Below, piece by piece: positions 30,907-39,847 of a stretch of DNA of 64,000 bases. Position numbers and translations under genes: made by a program. The DNA comes from an uncultured Actinomycetes bacterium (GTDB taxonomy: Bacteria; Actinomycetota; Thermoleophilia; UBA2241), in assembly GCA_963725665.1 (NCBI GenBank), contig CAVRZA010000006.1, forward strand, positions 352,001 to 416,000, written 5' to 3'. The notes beneath the pieces were generated by a model, which saw only the letters and a list, made by a program, of their open reading frames with translations, did no database searches and was not told where the DNA came from. Positions within the stretch are counted from its first letter, which is position 1. Each line of letters opens with the position of its first letter.

Positions 30907-32838
30907 CTAGCGGCGGGCCGGTGCGGGCGTCGTCGCTGCCGGCGAGTGCACGCCCACGGCGTCGAAGGTGCACACCTGGCGACAGGTGTCGCACTTGATA
31001 CAGAGGCTCGTGTCGATGACGTGCGTCTGCTTCCTCTCGCCGGCGATGCATTGCACAGGGCACTTCTTGGCACACAGCGCGCAGCCGGTGCAGGCGTCGG
31101 CGTCGATGTAGTAGCTGATCAGGGCGCTGCAGCTGCCGGCCGGACAGCGTCCCTCTTCGACGTGCGCGGTGTACTCTTCGCGGAAGAAGCGCAGCGTCGT
31201 TAGCACGGGATTGGGCGCTGTGCCGCCGAGCGCGCAGAGGCTGCTGCGCTTGACCACGCCAGCGAGTCGTTCGAGCCGCTCGATGTCGCCCGCCTGGCCC
31301 TCACCGGCGCAGATGCGCTCGAGCGTCTCGAGCATGCGCTTCGTACCGATGCGGCACGGAACACACTTGCCACACGACTCCTTCTGCGTGAACTCGAGGA
31401 AGTACCGCGCCAGATCGACCATGCATGTGCGGTCGTCGACGACGACCATGCCGCCGGAGCCGAGGATGGCGCCCGTGGCGGCAAGCGACTCGTAGTCGAT
31501 GGGCGTGTCGAGGTGCGACGCCGGCAGACAGCCGCCTGAGGGTCCGCCGAGCTGTACAGCCTTGAATTCGCGCCCACCTTTCACCCCGCCGCCGACGTCG
31601 AAGATGATGTGGCGCAGAGTAGACCCCATCGGCACTTCCACCAGACCGCCGTTGACGATCTTGCCGGCCAGCGAGAACGCCTTGGTGCCCTTGCTCGTCT
31701 CCGAGCCGTGCACCGCGTAGGCAGCGCCGCCGTTGGCCATGATCCAGGGAACGTTGGCCCACGTCTCGACGTTGTTGATGTTGGTCGGCTTGCCGAAGAG
31801 GCCCGAGACGGCAGGATAGGGAGGCCGCGTGCGCGGCATGCCGCGCCGCCCCTCGATCGAGGCGATCATCGCCGTCTCCTCGCCGCACACAAAGGCGCCC
31901 GCGCCCTCCTTGACCTTGAGATGGAAGTCCCAGCCGGTGCCCATGATGTCGGAGCCCAGAAGACCCCGCTCCTCGGCGTCGGCCATGGCCTTGCGCAAGC
32001 GCCGCACGGCGATGGGGTATTCGGCCCTGATGTAGACGTACCCGTGGTGAGCACCGATGGCGTAGCTGCCGATGATCATCCCTTCGATGACCGAGTGGGG
32101 GTCGCCCTCCATGATCGAGCAGTCCATGAACGCCCCGGGGTCGCCCTCGTCGGCGTTGCAGATGAGATACTTCACATCGTCCTGCGAGTTGTGGGCGAAC
32201 TTCCACTTCATGCCCGTCGAGAACCCCGCGCCGCCGCGGCCGCGCAGTCCGGACTTGACGATCTCGTCGATGACCTCCTCAGGCGTCCGCGACGAAAGCA
32301 CGTCGCGCGCGGCGTCGTAGCCGCCGCGCGCCAGGCACGCCTCGATGTCCTCGGGATCGATCCGGCCTACGTTGCGCAGCGCGATGCGCGTCTGCTGACG
32401 GTAGAAGCCGAGCTCGTGGTAGTCGGCCACTCGTTCACCGGTGGCCGGATCCTTCGGCAGCAGCTTCTCGACGGCCCGCCCGTCGCGCAGATGCTGCTCG
32501 ACGACCAGCTTCACCTGCTTCGGCTTGAGGTTGGGGTAGAGGGTGTCGTCGGGTGAGACGACCGTGACCGGGCTGGCCGAGCACAGGCCGTGACAGCCAA
32601 TGATCGACACCCCGATGTCGGTCAGGCCGGCGGCGGCGAGCTCGCTCTTGAACGCCTCGGACACCTCGAGCGAGCCGGCGAAGACGCAGGCCGTACCGGC
32701 GCAGACGAGCACCCGCCGCCGGCCGTTCTCGGAGGTAATCCGGACTTTGGCGGCCTCCACCACTTCGGATCCCGCGGGCCGGCCGCGGTCCACGCCCGCC
32801 GCGCCGCCGTTGCCAGCCCCGCCGTCCCGCGCCGTCAT
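30907..32838 (-). CDS. HydB/NuoF-like NADH-binding flavoprotein subunit (bifurcating-type architecture)
   Basis: N-terminal CAGTAC..GCHGLC, GLRGRGGAGF, ADEGDPGAFMD, AFVCGEET, GGPSGG, CGKCVPC, C-terminal 2x[4Fe-4S]. Confidence 0.92.
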   Translation of the reverse strand: MTARDGGAGNGGAAGVDRGRPAGSEVVEAAKVRITSENGRRRVLVCAGTACVFAGSLEVSEAFKSELAAAGLTDIGVSIIGCHGLCSASPVTVVSPDDTLYPNLKPKQVKLVVEQHLRDGRAVEKLLPKDPATGERVADYHELGFYRQQTRIALRNVGRIDPEDIEACLARGGYDAARDVLSSRTPEEVIDEIVKSGLRGRGGAGFSTGMKWKFAHNSQDDVKYLICNADEGDPGAFMDCSIMEGDPHSVIEGMIIGSYAIGAHHGYVYIRAEYPIAVRRLRKAMADAEERGLLGSDIMGTGWDFHLKVKEGAGAFVCGEETAMIASIEGRRGMPRTRPPYPAVSGLFGKPTNINNVETWANVPWIMANGGAAYAVHGSETSKGTKAFSLAGKIVNGGLVEVPMGSTLRHIIFDVGGGVKGGREFKAVQLGGPSGGCLPASHLDTPIDYESLAATGAILGSGGMVVVDDRTCMVDLARYFLEFTQKESCGKCVPCRIGTKRMLETLERICAGEGQAGDIERLERLAGVVKRSSLCALGGTAPNPVLTTLRFFREEYTAHVEEGRCPAGSCSALISYYIDADACTGCALCAKKCPVQCIAGERKQTHVIDTSLCIKCDTCRQVCTFDAVGVHSPAATTPAPARR

Positions 32839-33464
32839 GACTCCCCCCCGCCGTTCTCGCTGTCAGCCGCGTCGCCCGCCGGGGCCGGCGCTCGGGCACC
32901 CTCATCCCGACCCTCAGCAGCCCCGCCGTCTCCGGCACCCGCCTCGTCGGCCATGAGGGCGCGGATGACGCCGCGCGTCTTGTCGGGTGAGAGGTTGCCG
33001 TGCGACGTCCCGCCGATGCGCATCACCGGCGCCTGCGAGCAGGCGCCCATGCAAGCGACCGACCCCAGCGTGAAGGCCATGTCGGCCGTCGTCGCCCCGT
33101 CACACACGCCAAGCTCGTCCGCGAGGGCCTGGGTGATGAGCGTCGCACCGGCCACGTGGCAGGCGGTGCCGTGACAGACGTGGATCAGATGCTTGCCAAT
33201 GGGCGCCAGCCTGAACTCGTTGTAGAAGGTGGCCACGCCGTAGATGCGCGACGCGGGCACCCCCGTGAGGCGCGCCAGCTCGGCGACCACCGACTCTGGA
33301 AGATAGCCATAGACTCGCTGTAGACGCTGGAGGATCGAGATGAGCTCGGCAGCCGGGTCGGCGGCCTGAGCGACGATGTCGGCGACGGGCGCGAGGTCGA
33401 GGGCGGCGGCCCCTGGGCCGCCGCCCTCGACCTCGCGCCTGATTGTCACGGGGCGACGGGGCAT
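32835..33464 (-). CDS. HydC/NuoE-like [2Fe-2S] subunit
   Basis: GVATFY, VCHGTACH, ACMGACSQAPV. Confidence 0.92.
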   Translation of the reverse strand: MPRRPVTIRREVEGGGPGAAALDLAPVADIVAQAADPAAELISILQRLQRVYGYLPESVVAELARLTGVPASRIYGVATFYNEFRLAPIGKHLIHVCHGTACHVAGATLITQALADELGVCDGATTADMAFTLGSVACMGACSQAPVMRIGGTSHGNLSPDKTRGVIRALMADEAGAGDGGAAEGRDEGARAPAPAGDAADSENGGGES

Positions 33465-33737
33465 GCAGTTCCTTCACCTGGCGAACGATCGGCAGCGACG
33501 GCGCCGCTAGGACCCTCGACGCTGGCCTCCGGCCGCCGAGCACAACCGTCGCGCTGGCCGCCGACTGTTTGGGGTGTTCTCACGTTCACGAAAGTGCTTT
33601 CAGGATACACCGGCCGCAACGCGTTGTGAATCGGCTGCTCAGAGGCACCGATCATACCCGCACGGTCTGCGTCACCTTCGCGGTCCCGTCACGCTCACCA
33701 TCAACGACCGCGGCCCCGTCTTGTGGGCGCGCTCCCG

Positions 33738-34598
33738 TCACGTCGGCACTGCCCCCGTCTGCGCGACGCACGCCGCGAGGGCGTTCTTCAGCAGCATGAC
33801 GTTGGTGACCGGGCCGACGCCACCGGGCACCGGCGTCACCTTCGAGGCACGCGCCGCCACTGCGTCGAAGTCGAGGCTGCCGACCTGCTTGCCCTCGACG
33901 CGGATGGTGGTCACGTCGACGACGATGGCGCCGTCCTTCACCATGTCGCCCTTGATGAGGTTCTGTACCGGGGCCGCGCAGATGAGGACGTCGGCCTCGC
34001 GGCAGGCCGACGGCACGTCCTTCGAGAAGATGTGCACAACGTGCACGGACGCGTTGCGGTTCAGGCAGAGCAGAGCGGCCGGTTTGCCGACGATGTTGGA
34101 GTGGTTGACGATGGTGACGTCGAGGCCCTCTAGCTCGATGCCCTCACGGTCGAGGATCTCCAGACAGGCCGACGGAGTCGCCGGCGCGAAGAGGAAATCG
34201 CCGAGCAGGACGTGACCGATGTTGGCCGGGTTCACGCAGTCGAGGTCCTTGATGGGATCGATGGCGTTGAACACCTTGGCCTGATCGATGCCCTCGGCCA
34301 TGGGCATGAGGGCCAGGATGCCGTGCACCGAGGCGTCGGCGTTCAGGCGGGCGATGAGGTCGAGAACCGCCTGCTCGGGCGTGTCAGCCGGCAGGCTGTG
34401 GTCGAAGTACGCCAGACCCACAGTGCCGGTGTTCTTCTCGATCTGGCCGCGGTAGAACTGCGCCCCGCCGTCGTCGCCCACGAGGATGGTGGCCACGCCG
34501 GGGGTGATCCCTAACCGGCTGAGCCGCGCGACCTCGGCCTTGATCTCCTCACGGATCTGCTCGGCGATGGCCTTGCCGTCGATGATCTGGGCTGTCAT
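33738..34598 (-). CDS. folD: Methylene-THF dehydrogenase/cyclohydrolase
   Basis: IIDGKAIA, KDLDC, SNIVGKP, TPVPGGVGPVT. Confidence 0.93.
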   Translation of the reverse strand: MTAQIIDGKAIAEQIREEIKAEVARLSRLGITPGVATILVGDDGGAQFYRGQIEKNTGTVGLAYFDHSLPADTPEQAVLDLIARLNADASVHGILALMPMAEGIDQAKVFNAIDPIKDLDCVNPANIGHVLLGDFLFAPATPSACLEILDREGIELEGLDVTIVNHSNIVGKPAALLCLNRNASVHVVHIFSKDVPSACREADVLICAAPVQNLIKGDMVKDGAIVVDVTTIRVEGKQVGSLDFDAVAARASKVTPVPGGVGPVTNVMLLKNALAACVAQTGAVPT

Positions 34599-34679
34599 GC
34601 GCTTCCTCCTTCTGGCCGCTGCGAGCGACCCCGGCTCACGTCTCCCACGCCCCGCTCCGCCGCCGGACGGGCCTCGCGC

Positions 34680-35324
34680 TCACAACTTCTCGCGCGTTGT
34701 CTTCAACACTTCCGCGCGCAGCCCGGCCGTCTCGGCGAGGATCTTAACGACCTCGTCGGCGGTGGCGCGCTTGTAGGCCTCGTCCTCGATCGAGCCCAGG
34801 TTGATCTCGACGTTCAGCGCGGCGCCCTGCGCCGCCGCCTCGCCGAACAACACCGCGCACCCAGCATCGGTCACGGCGGCAGGATTGCCGATCTCGGCGG
34901 CCGTCTTGGCCAGGCGACAGACGCGTACGGCCGCCCGGCAGATGTCCAGGGGCACGTCGGCGGCGTGGATGAGACCCTCCTGCACAGCCGCGTGCCGCGC
35001 CGCCTTCTCATCATCGGTCTCCTTCGGCAGGCGGTAGGCGGCGATGACCCCGTTGTACGCCGTGGTGTCGTTCTGCAGCAGCAGGGTGAGCTCACGGCGC
35101 ACCTGCTCGGCCTGCTCCACGAGCTCCTTCACCTGGCCCTCCAGGCCGGCGAACTTCTCTTTGCCCAGGGTCAGGTTGCAGACCATCGAGACGAGGGCCG
35201 CGCCGAGCGCGCCGACCGTCGCCGAGACGCTGCCCCCGCCGGGCGCCGGCGCGCTCGACGCGGCGGCATCCATGTAGCCGCGCAGCGGCACACCGGGGTA
35301 GTAGGTGGCGTTCTCCGCACTCAC
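34680..35324 (-). CDS. fchA: Cyclodeaminase/cyclohydrolase family (methenyl-THF cyclohydrolase)
   Basis: PAPGGGSVSA, GNPAAVTD, LNVEINL; lies between fhs and folD. Confidence 0.85.
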   Translation of the reverse strand: MSAENATYYPGVPLRGYMDAAASSAPAPGGGSVSATVGALGAALVSMVCNLTLGKEKFAGLEGQVKELVEQAEQVRRELTLLLQNDTTAYNGVIAAYRLPKETDDEKAARHAAVQEGLIHAADVPLDICRAAVRVCRLAKTAAEIGNPAAVTDAGCAVLFGEAAAQGAALNVEINLGSIEDEAYKRATADEVVKILAETAGLRAEVLKTTREKL

Positions 35325-35516
35325 GCTGCAAGCACCTCCTGTCGTCGCCAGGGCGTGCCCGCCGCGCATCGGCGCCGGCCCGAACGGTCTTCATGGGCCG
35401 GCCGCTCCCGTCAGGCGTGGCCTGCCGGAGCGGCGCCGCGGCGGCGGTTCCACGGGGGCGCCGGCGCCCCACGGCGGCCGGCGCCCCGCGTCGCTCCTCA
35501 ATCCCTCTGAATCCCT

Positions 35517-37226
35517 CTAGAACAAGCCGACGATGCGGCCGGTCTCGACGTCGATGTCGACGTCGACGGCCGCCGGCCGCTTGGGCAGACCGGGCATCGT
35601 ACGCATCTCACCGAGCAGCGGGTAGAGGTAGCCGGCGCCGGTGGCTGGACGGATGTCGCGGATCGGGATCCTGTAGCCCCGCGGGCGCCCCTTGACGGCC
35701 GGATCATGCGACAGCGAGAGGTGTGTCTTGGCCATGCAGAGCGGTAGCTTGTCGAGGCCCTGGTCGGTGAAGAGCTTGATCTTGGCCTCGGCTTCGGGCA
35801 GGTAGTCGACACCGTCGGCACCGTAGACCTTCGTGGCGATCGTCTCGATCTTCTCCTTGATGGAGACCTCGAGCGGGTAGAGGAACTTGAAGTCGCCGCC
35901 CTTGTCGGCGGCCGCCTGGACGACTCGGGCCGCCTCCTGGCCGCCGTCGCCGCCGAGCGCGTGCACGTTGATCGGCACGGCGTCTTCAGCGCCGGCCGCC
36001 ACCGCCGCCTTGCGCACGATCTCGACCTCGCTGTCGCGATCAAAGGCGAAGCGATTGAGGGTGACCACGACGGGGATGCCGAAGAGCTTCATGTTCTCGA
36101 CCTGCTTGGCGAGGTTCTCGCAGCCCTTCTCGAGGGCGGCGTTGTTCTCGGCCTTGAGCAGCTCCGGGTCGACCGGCAGGCCGCCGTGCATCTTGAGGGC
36201 CCGCATGGTGCAGGTGATGACCACGCAACTGGGCGCGAAGCCGCCGTAGCGGCAGATGATGTCCATGAACTTCTCGGAGCCGAGGTCGGCGCCGAAGCCG
36301 CTCTCGGTGACGAGGTAGTCGGCCAGCTTCATGCCGACCTTGTCGGCGATGATCGAGTTGTTGCCCTGGGCGATGTTGGCGAACGGGCCGGCGTGGACGA
36401 GGCAGGGGTTGCCCTCGAGCGTCTGCATGAGGTTGGGCTTGAGCGCATCCTTGAGGAGGACGGCCATCGAGCCGGCAGCCTTGATGTCTTCGGCGGTGAG
36501 CGGCTTGCCGTCGGTGCTGTAGCCGAAGGTGATGCGCCCGAGGCGCTCGCGCAGATCCCGGAGCGAGGTGGCGAGACCGAGGATGGCCATGACCTCGCTG
36601 GCCACCGTGATGTCGTAGCCGGTCTCGCGCGGGAGGCCGTTGAGCTTGCCGCCCAAGCCGACGACGATGTGGCGCAGGGCACGGTCGTTCAGGTCGACCA
36701 CCCGCCGCCACGAGATCGTGAGCGGGTCGATGTTGAGCGCGTTGCCGTGCATGAGATGCGTCTCGACCATGGCGGCGAGCAGGTTGTTGGCCGCGCCGAC
36801 GGCGTGGATGTCGCCGGTGAAGTGGAGGTTCAGGTCCTCCATCGGGACGACCTGGGAGTACCCGCCGCCGGCGGCGCCGCCCTTGATGCCGAACACCGGA
36901 CCGAGCGACGGCTCGCGAATGGCGAGCATCGTGTTCACCCCGAGGGCGTTCATCGACTCGACCAGACCGATCGAGGTGACCGTCTTACCCTCGCCGAGCG
37001 GCGTCGGCGTGATAGCCGTCACGTTGATGATCTTGCCGTCCGGCCTGTCGGCCAGGCGCTCGAGGACGGCCATATAGTCGATCTTGGCCTTGTAGCGACC
37101 GTAGTACTCGAGCTCGTCTTCCAGGATGCCAACCTTCGCGGCAATCTCATGGATCGGCTCAAGCTCGGTCGCCTGGGCGATCTCTATGTCGGACGGTACA
37201 GGGGATAGTCGAGTAACGGGTGACAC
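35517..37226 (-). CDS. fhs: Formate--tetrahydrofolate ligase
   Basis: TPTPLGEGKT, KGGAAGGGYSQV, HAGPFANIA, CMAKTHLS. Confidence 0.97.
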   Translation of the reverse strand: MSPVTRLSPVPSDIEIAQATELEPIHEIAAKVGILEDELEYYGRYKAKIDYMAVLERLADRPDGKIINVTAITPTPLGEGKTVTSIGLVESMNALGVNTMLAIREPSLGPVFGIKGGAAGGGYSQVVPMEDLNLHFTGDIHAVGAANNLLAAMVETHLMHGNALNIDPLTISWRRVVDLNDRALRHIVVGLGGKLNGLPRETGYDITVASEVMAILGLATSLRDLRERLGRITFGYSTDGKPLTAEDIKAAGSMAVLLKDALKPNLMQTLEGNPCLVHAGPFANIAQGNNSIIADKVGMKLADYLVTESGFGADLGSEKFMDIICRYGGFAPSCVVITCTMRALKMHGGLPVDPELLKAENNAALEKGCENLAKQVENMKLFGIPVVVTLNRFAFDRDSEVEIVRKAAVAAGAEDAVPINVHALGGDGGQEAARVVQAAADKGGDFKFLYPLEVSIKEKIETIATKVYGADGVDYLPEAEAKIKLFTDQGLDKLPLCMAKTHLSLSHDPAVKGRPRGYRIPIRDIRPATGAGYLYPLLGEMRTMPGLPKRPAAVDVDIDVETGRIVGLF

Positions 37227-37305
37227 GCGCCCTCCTATCTGTCCATTCTCACGCGTTCAGGCTGGCAGTGGGCAGACTGGAGATCCAGTGCGAAGCCGGC
37301 CCACT

Positions 37306-37344
37306 TTGTGAACGATTCTACAGGTGCGCGAAATCGCTGGGCAA
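37306..37344 (-). promoter_or_regulatory. fhs promoter overlapping an imperfect Rex-like box
   Basis: TTGCCC-18-TAGAAT on the minus strand; TTGTGAA-CGAT-TCTACAG at 37306-37323. Confidence 0.4.
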
Positions 37345-37412
37345 GCCACACCGGGCTAGCGTTCGCGCGGCGCTGCGACGGCGGCTGCTGCGGCCTCAGC
37401 GGAGCCACGCCA

Positions 37413-38699
37413 TCAGGCGCCGGCGAAGCGGCGGCGAGCCTGATCCTGGGCCGCCGCCAGCACCTCGGTCATCGGCACGCCGGCGGCGGCCGCCGCGGCG
37501 ACGCAGTCCTCGTACTCGGCGGAGGCGGTGACCAGGCGGCCGCGCAGGAAGCCGAGGCGCACGCGCACCTCGCGCCCGTGCACGGTCTCGGTCGCCCAGC
37601 GATCCTCGAGGTAGACCCGACCCACGCTGCCCACGCGCAAGCCGAACGTGGTCGTCTCGGCGAACACCGCCGCCGCGAGCTCGGCGCTCGCCTCGGGGCG
37701 GCAGAGGACGTGAAGGACCACGCCGGCACGACCCTTCTTCATCAGCGCCGGCGTCATCCACACGTCGAGCGCGCCGCGTCGGCGCAGCTCCTCCGCGGCG
37801 TGCGCGACGACCTCCGGGCTGGCGTCGTCGATGTTCGTCTCGAGGAGCTCGGCGCTGTCGCGCGGAGCCTCACCTGGGCCGGCGGCGCCGGAGGCCTCGC
37901 CGGCCGTCTCGACGAGGATGGCGCGCAGCACGTTGGGGCGCCGGGCGAGCTCACGCTGACCGGCGCCCACGCCGACGTCGACGATGACACCGGCCGGCAG
38001 CGGCCCGAACTCGTCGGCGAAGTAGGCCAGCAAGGCGGCGCCGGTCGGCGTCGTGAGCTCGCCGTCGTCGGGCGCTCCCCCCGCCGTGGGCAGGCCGCGC
38101 AGCAACGCGAGCACGGCCGGCGGCGGCACGGTCAGCTCGCCGTGAGCGGTGGCGACCGTGCCGCCGCCGAGCAGGGGCGGCGACGCCACGATCCTCTCCG
38201 GCGACAACAGACGCAGGAGCGACGCGGCGACCACCAGGTCGACGGCGGTGTCGAGCCCAGCCAGCTCGTGCAGGTGCTCCCGCACCGGCGCGGGCTCGCG
38301 CGACGCCGCAGGCACATCGCCGTTCGCCGGCTCGGCGCGCAGTGGCCGCACGGTGGCGCCGGCGTCCGAACCATGCACCTCGCGCTCGGCAGCCTCCATG
38401 CGCTCCGCCAGAGCCACGACGTCGGCGCGCACATCGCCGGGCAGCGCCGACTCGAGCACGGCCTCGCGCAGGCCGTCGAAGGTCGCGAAACCCGGCTCGG
38501 GCGCTACGACGAACTCGCGCGCCTCGAAACCGCCGCGCCGCGCGGGACGCCAGTGCACCAGCGAGGGGTCGATGCCGACGGCGGGCAGCGACTGGAGCAG
38601 GCGCTGCTCGCCCTCGTCTCCGGCGAGGGCGAGCAGCGCCGCGATCAGCATGTCGCCGCTGATGCCGCTGCTGCAGTCGAGATAGAGCGTGCGCGCCAT
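37413..38699 (-). CDS. larC: Nickel-pincer cofactor biosynthesis protein LarC
   Basis: LDCSSGISGDM, TAHGELTVPPPA, ELTTPTGAA, ETNIDD, MKKGR, ETTTFGLR, EYED. Confidence 0.92.
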   Translation of the reverse strand: MARTLYLDCSSGISGDMLIAALLALAGDEGEQRLLQSLPAVGIDPSLVHWRPARRGGFEAREFVVAPEPGFATFDGLREAVLESALPGDVRADVVALAERMEAAEREVHGSDAGATVRPLRAEPANGDVPAASREPAPVREHLHELAGLDTAVDLVVAASLLRLLSPERIVASPPLLGGGTVATAHGELTVPPPAVLALLRGLPTAGGAPDDGELTTPTGAALLAYFADEFGPLPAGVIVDVGVGAGQRELARRPNVLRAILVETAGEASGAAGPGEAPRDSAELLETNIDDASPEVVAHAAEELRRRGALDVWMTPALMKKGRAGVVLHVLCRPEASAELAAAVFAETTTFGLRVGSVGRVYLEDRWATETVHGREVRVRLGFLRGRLVTASAEYEDCVAAAAAAGVPMTEVLAAAQDQARRRFAGA

Positions 38700-38815
38700 C
38701 GTGCCCGCACTCTACCCTCGCGCCGCGCGCGCTGCCAAGCGCGAGCGGCGTCGTGGGCGACCCCGAGGCGCGGCGCGTTTACGCCACACCCGCCGGCTCC
38801 GGTAGAATCCCGGCG

Positions 38816-39847
38816 ATGAAGATCGCCCAGATAGCCCCGCCGTGGATCAGCGTCCCCCCCGAGGGCTACGGCGGCACCGAGTGGGTGGTCAAGCACCTGT
38901 GCGACGGCCTCGTCGCCGCCGGCCACGACGTCACGCTGTTCGCCACCGGCGACTCACAGACGCCGGCGCGGCTGCGCGCACTGTTCCCCGCACAGATGCC
39001 GCAGGTCATGGGGCAGACGCCGTTCGACGCGCGGCACGTGGCGTTCTCCCTCGCCGAGATCGAGGGTGCCGGCTACTTCGACCTCATCCACGACCACTCC
39101 GGCTTCCTCGTCGTCGCCTTCAGCCGCTACGTGGCGACCCCGATCGTCCACACCGTGCACTGCGCCTTCGACCCCGTGGCGTTCGGCTTCTACGAACAGT
39201 TCCGCGAGGCGGTGCCCTACGTGTCGATCAGCGACTTCCAGCGCACTCTCGGCCCGGCGGGGATGGACTGGGCCGGCACCGCCTACAACGCCATGCCGAT
39301 CGACGGCTGGCCCTTCTCCGCCGAGAAGGACGACTACCTGCTCGCCTTCGGACGCATCTGCGAGGACAAGGGCTTTCACCTCGCGATCGAGGTGGCGCGG
39401 CGCGCGGGCCGGCGCCTGGTGATGGCCGGCGTCGTGCAGGACTGGTACGCCGACTACTTCCACGAGCGCATCGAGCCCGAGGTCGACGGCGAACGGATCG
39501 TCTACCTGGGCGAGGTCTCCGACGAGCGCAAGCGGGAGATCTTCGCCCGCGCGCACGGGTTCATCTTCCCCATCCTGTGGCCCGAGCCCTTCGGCCTCGT
39601 GATGACCGAAGCGATGGCCGCGGGCACGCCGGTGATCGCCTTGCGCAACGGCTCCGTGCCCGAGGTGATCGATGACGGTGTGACGGGCTTCATCTGCGAC
39701 GACGTCGACGGCATGGTCGCCGCCGTAGACCGCCTGGACGAGATCGACCCCCGCACCTGCCGCCGGGTGGTCGAGGAGAGGTTCAGCGTGGCCCGCATGA
39801 CGGCCGCCTACGAGGCCTTGTACGGCCTCGTGCTCGCTCGCGCCTAG
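38816..39847 (+). CDS. Glycosyltransferase family 4
   Basis: MKIAQIAPPW..VPPEGYGGTE, EPFGLVMTEAMAAGTPVI; TAGAAT 7 nt before the ATG (leaderless). Confidence 0.92.
   Translation: MKIAQIAPPWISVPPEGYGGTEWVVKHLCDGLVAAGHDVTLFATGDSQTPARLRALFPAQMPQVMGQTPFDARHVAFSLAEIEGAGYFDLIHDHSGFLVVAFSRYVATPIVHTVHCAFDPVAFGFYEQFREAVPYVSISDFQRTLGPAGMDWAGTAYNAMPIDGWPFSAEKDDYLLAFGRICEDKGFHLAIEVARRAGRRLVMAGVVQDWYADYFHERIEPEVDGERIVYLGEVSDERKREIFARAHGFIFPILWPEPFGLVMTEAMAAGTPVIALRNGSVPEVIDDGVTGFICDDVDGMVAAVDRLDEIDPRTCRRVVEERFSVARMTAAYEALYGLVLARA

Noticed and set aside
30907-33464. Respiratory complex I nuoEF
   Set aside because: No other nuo genes, and the extra Fe-S domains are of the HydB type.
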